DNA from: Longimicrobiales bacterium
Lineage (GTDB): Bacteria > Gemmatimonadota > Gemmatimonadetes > Longimicrobiales > Gaopeijiaceae
DNA length: 64,000 nucleotides
Assembly: GCA_965226375.1 (NCBI GenBank)
Contig: CBDDCX010000008.1
Coordinates: 992,001 to 1,056,000, forward strand
Direction: 5' to 3'
Below, piece by piece: positions 60,547 through 64,000 of this stretch. The stretch's first letter is position 1. Each line of letters begins with the position of its first letter. The position numbers and the translations under genes are program-made. Under the pieces are notes generated by a model. The model was not told the DNA's origin. It searched no databases and saw only the letters and a program-made list of their open reading frames with translations.

Positions 60547-61824
60547 ATGAGCACGTCTCTCGACCGGCGGGAGTTCGCACGTCTATTTGCGCTGGGCGGC
60601 TCCGCTGCCCTATTGGGGCACCCGGCCTTGGCCGGGGCACGTCCGGCGCCTTTGTCTGCCGCCGAACTTGGCCGAGAAGCACCCGATTGGGCTCGGGTCC
60701 GCGAGCAGTTCCTCATGCCGCGGGAGCTGTCGGTGTTGAACGCGGCGAACCTGTGTCCGTCGCCGCGGGCGGTCCTCGATGCGGTCTACAGGGACACAGA
60801 ACGCTTGAATCGGGATCCGGTGCCGAGCTACCGGGCCGAGATGCACGGCGTCAAGGAAGGGACGCGTGAGCAGCTGGCTCGTCATCTCGGGGTGTCACCC
60901 GATGAAATCTTGATCACGCGGAACACGAGCGAGGCGAACAACTGGGTCTCGAACGGCCTCGATCTGGAATCGGGCGACGAAGTGCTCATCTTCGCCGACA
61001 ATCACCCGAGCAACAACCGGGCTTGGAAGGGGAAAGCCGAGCGCTTCGGGTACACGGTGCGCGAGGTCGAGCAGGTGAATCCGCATCCGGGCATGGAGTA
61101 CTACGTAGAAGCGTTCGAGAAGGCGATCAACCCGCGCACCAGGGTAATCGCGTTCACGCATCTCACGAGTTCGGTCGGCGATCTGTTTCCGGCGCGTGAA
61201 CTGTGCCGGTTGGCCAGCGAACGCGGCATCATCTCAGTAGTGGACGGAGCACAATCCTTCGGCCTCGTCGACGTCGATCTTTCGGACATGCAGCCCGACT
61301 TCTACAGCGGGAGTGCACACAAGTGGCCGTGCGGCCCTAAGGAAACGGGCGTGCTGTTCGTCAACGCACGGGTGCAGGGCCGCTTCTGGCCATCGATCTA
61401 CAGTGCCTACTCGGGCCGGGTGGGTCTGTCACGGACCCACGAGGGCATGGGTCAGCGAGACGAGCCTGCGATTCAGGCTTTCGGCACCGAGATGGAGTTC
61501 CTCCAGGATATCGGCCAGGCCGCGATCGAAGCTCGCAGCCACGAGCTCACGGACGCAGTGATCGAGGGGCTGGGAGCCATCGACGGAGTGACCATCTGGA
61601 CGTCACCCGACCCCGCGCTCCGTCTGGCGGTTTGCTCGTTCCGGCCCGGTAATCTCGAGTCGAGAAAGGTCATCGCCGCTCTCGAGGCTGACGGAATCGT
61701 AGCCGCCGGCCGTGGGGACGGAGATCGCGGAGGCATAAGGTTCTCTCCACACTTCTACAACACGTTCGAGGACATCGATCGTGCCGTGGCGAGTATTGGG
61801 CGTTACATGACGACAGGGCTTTAA
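60547..61824 (+). CDS. Class V PLP aminotransferase-like protein with Tat signal
   Basis: DRREF; LNAANLCP, TRNTSEAN, VDGAQSF, SAHKWPCGP, IRFSPHFYN. Confidence 0.88.
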   Translation: MSTSLDRREFARLFALGGSAALLGHPALAGARPAPLSAAELGREAPDWARVREQFLMPRELSVLNAANLCPSPRAVLDAVYRDTERLNRDPVPSYRAEMHGVKEGTREQLARHLGVSPDEILITRNTSEANNWVSNGLDLESGDEVLIFADNHPSNNRAWKGKAERFGYTVREVEQVNPHPGMEYYVEAFEKAINPRTRVIAFTHLTSSVGDLFPARELCRLASERGIISVVDGAQSFGLVDVDLSDMQPDFYSGSAHKWPCGPKETGVLFVNARVQGRFWPSIYSAYSGRVGLSRTHEGMGQRDEPAIQAFGTEMEFLQDIGQAAIEARSHELTDAVIEGLGAIDGVTIWTSPDPALRLAVCSFRPGNLESRKVIAALEADGIVAAGRGDGDRGGIRFSPHFYNTFEDIDRAVASIGRYMTTGL

Positions 61825-61857
61825 GGGGGGTCTACAACTCCGTATACCTGAGAGCTC

Positions 61858-63516
61858 CTAGTCCGGGAGCGCGAACGTGAACAGCGCGTGGTTCGCCGAA
61901 ACGGTAACGTACTGACGGCCCTCTACGCTGAACGTCATCGGCGCCGCGTGCACGGGGCCTCCCACGCTGATGTGCCACAGCTCGTCACCGGTTCTGTCAT
62001 CGAGGGCGAAGAAGTAGCCGTCGCTGCTGCCTGAGAAGAGGACCCGTCCGGCTGTGGTCAGGATGCCCGCCTTCCACCAGTCACTGGTATCGAGTCCATA
62101 TTCCCACTGAAGCTCGCCCGTGAGAGGGTCCAGTGCGCGGATGGCGGCGGTGAAATTTTCCGGGTGATCGGCCTCTTTGCCGAAGCCGCCCAGGTAGGTG
62201 TCTCCCTCCACGTACACGTCGTCGCGTTTGTAGAAGATGTCGGCGGCGTCCAGGGCGAAGGTGTAGAACAGTCCGGTGGCAGGACTGAAGCTCGGCGAAT
62301 TCCAGTTGGTGGCACCCCCGACCGACGGGTAGACCTCGATGCCTTCCTCAGTGGGGTCCATGTTCGGAATCAAGATTGGACGACCGTTCTCGTCCATGCC
62401 CTCCGCCCAAGTCTGTTTCGCGTATTCGGTGGCTCGCAGAAACTGACCGTCCTCGCGATCGAGCACGTAGTAGAACGCGTTGCGATTCGCCCACAGCATG
62501 AGCTTCCGTACCTCGTTTCCTAATTCGAGGTCGACCAGTACCGGAATCTGGGTCGCATCCCAGTCATGCGTGTCATGCGGCGTGAACTGGAAGTGCCATT
62601 TCAACTCTCCGGTATCCGCGTCGAGTCCCACCACCGCATCTGAATACAGGTTGTCGCCCGGACGCAGGTCCCCGTTCCAGTCGGGTCCCGGGTTTCCGGT
62701 GCCCCAATAGATCAGGTTGGTGTCGGGATCGTAGGATCCGGTCAGCCATGTCGGAGCGCCGCCGTATTTCCACGAGTCGCCTCCCCACGTCTCGTTTCCC
62801 GGCTCGCCCTCTCCCGGAATGGTGTAGAAGCGCCAGCGGAGCTCCCCCGTCTCGGCGTCGTAGGCGTCGATGAGGCCGCGGACACCGTACTCTCCGCCAC
62901 CGACGCCGGTGATGACCATGTCCTTGACAACGAGCGGCGCGCCCGTGATGCTGAATCCCGAGGCGGCTTGTCCCACCTCCACGTTCCAAAGCACGCTGCC
63001 GGTCTTGATGTCGAGCGCCAGGAGTCGAGCGTCCACGGTCCCGAGAAAGACCTTCTCCCCGAGGACTGCCACACCACGATTGTTCTCGCCGCAGCAGAGC
63101 GTGAGTTTCTCGGGTACGGGGTGCTCGTAAGTCCAGAACGGGCGTCCGGTCACAGCGTCGAGGGCAATGAGCGTGCTGGGCGACTCTGTGATGAACATGA
63201 GCCCGTCCACGACGACCGGCGACGTCTCGACGACGGAGAGTGTGTGGAACTGATGGACCCACTCGACCTTGAGGTCGCCGACGTTCCCCCGATTCACCTG
63301 GTCGAGCCGACTGAACCGTTGACTGTTGTACTGGCCTGAGTACATGAGCCAATTTTCAGGCTCTTGATCCGCGTTGAGGAGGCGTTCCGAGGTCACCACA
63401 CGGTCTTCCCCACCCGTCTCCGAGGCCTCGGCCTCATCTCGAGCAGAATCCGTATTGGGTTCACCCGCCTGACACCCGACCAATGCGATCAGCAGTCCCA
63501 CGGCGACATGTTTCAT
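61858..63516 (-). CDS. PQQ-dependent alcohol dehydrogenase-family lipoprotein
   Basis: LVGC lipobox; CCG.NNRG vicinal cysteines, GGEYG, GTGNPGP, HDWD, Trp-docking repeats. Confidence 0.92.
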   Translation of the reverse strand: MKHVAVGLLIALVGCQAGEPNTDSARDEAEASETGGEDRVVTSERLLNADQEPENWLMYSGQYNSQRFSRLDQVNRGNVGDLKVEWVHQFHTLSVVETSPVVVDGLMFITESPSTLIALDAVTGRPFWTYEHPVPEKLTLCCGENNRGVAVLGEKVFLGTVDARLLALDIKTGSVLWNVEVGQAASGFSITGAPLVVKDMVITGVGGGEYGVRGLIDAYDAETGELRWRFYTIPGEGEPGNETWGGDSWKYGGAPTWLTGSYDPDTNLIYWGTGNPGPDWNGDLRPGDNLYSDAVVGLDADTGELKWHFQFTPHDTHDWDATQIPVLVDLELGNEVRKLMLWANRNAFYYVLDREDGQFLRATEYAKQTWAEGMDENGRPILIPNMDPTEEGIEVYPSVGGATNWNSPSFSPATGLFYTFALDAADIFYKRDDVYVEGDTYLGGFGKEADHPENFTAAIRALDPLTGELQWEYGLDTSDWWKAGILTTAGRVLFSGSSDGYFFALDDRTGDELWHISVGGPVHAAPMTFSVEGRQYVTVSANHALFTFALPD

Positions 63517-64000
63517 CAGTTGGTCACTCCTCCGCGCAGTCCGGCGAGGTATGCAACGACGTCGCTGAGATCTTCTTCGCTGAGGACCCCGCGGAACGAG
63601 GGCATCCTAGAGTTCTTGCCCCGCTCGAACGCCTCCAACTCACTCTTGGCGAAGGCATGAAGGCCGTCGTTGACGTCGAGCAGGCGCACCGTAAACTGAT
63701 CCTCATCGACCAGGATACCGCCAATTTGCTCGCCGCCTAAGGTTGTCACCTTGGCTGTCCACCACCGGGGGTCGACGTCGGCGTTCGGGTCGAGCACGGC
63801 GGTCCTTAGGTAGTCCGGCGCTCGATGCCAGCCGACCCAGCTGAGGTCCGGTCCCTGTCGACTCCCCTCACCGTTCACAGTGTGGCACGTGCTGCACGTC
63901 GCAGAGCCAAAAAACAGCGCACGGCCCTTCTGGGCGTCGCCCTGGACGGGACCATGACTGCCGCTCAAGGACCGGATGAACGCCACCAACTGCCCTGCCT
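63516..64000 (-). CDS. c-type cytochrome (putative haem-binding domain), 5' end outside the window
   Basis: GDAQKG..LF, CSTCH, GPDLS, SRMP, DVVAYL; stop overlaps the PQQ gene start. Confidence 0.85.
   Translation of the reverse strand, partial: AGQLVAFIRSLSGSHGPVQGDAQKGRALFFGSATCSTCHTVNGEGSRQGPDLSWVGWHRAPDYLRTAVLDPNADVDPRWWTAKVTTLGGEQIGGILVDEDQFTVRLLDVNDGLHAFAKSELEAFERGKNSRMPSFRGVLSEEDLSDVVAYLAGLRGGVTN

Noticed and set aside
1021..63352. Numerous long antisense or alternate-frame ORFs (e.g. 1021-2412, 11832-12995, 15122-16276, 28213-29361)
   Set aside because: Expected shadows of real genes in high-GC DNA; no motifs or RBS.
1..64000. CRISPR arrays, tRNA/rRNA, prophage or defence systems
   Set aside because: No regularly spaced repeats, RNA-gene signatures, or phage/defence proteins were recognised by eye.

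Overview
GC-rich bacterial chromosomal window. Gene content suggests Gemmatimonadota (Longimicrobiales-like), an inference from the MSDP...LEGRY-type Ser/Thr kinase with a beta-propeller, the PadR plus duplicated orphan permease pair, and many Tat/Sec-exported hydrolases. It is an accessory catabolic region: amidohydrolases, M20/M28/M42 peptidases, two sulfatases with a radical-SAM maturase, a TRAP transporter, two creatininases, a P450, a Rieske oxygenase, and a PQQ dehydrogenase with a cytochrome c. No rRNA, tRNA or CRISPR array was seen. Highlights: (1) an IS110/IS1111-type element (24467-26038) splits an FAD oxidoreductase at a GTT core; its ~400-bp downstream non-coding region carries short guide-like matches to both its own insertion site and its circle junction, in bridge/seekRNA order. 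(2) A DUF3179 gene is split by an in-frame TGA that forms a UxxC motif and is followed by a SECIS-like hairpin (probable selenoprotein); a Cys-only paralogue lies 32 kb away. (3) An IS1595-family element with inverted repeats and an 8-bp target duplication. (4) Many deletion junctions, frameshifts and premature stops, pointing to genome erosion or assembly artefacts. (5) A pair of MarR-type operators, an in-frame G18 tract, and a small membrane ORF missed by the ORF track. All calls are by-eye motif recognition; no searches were run.
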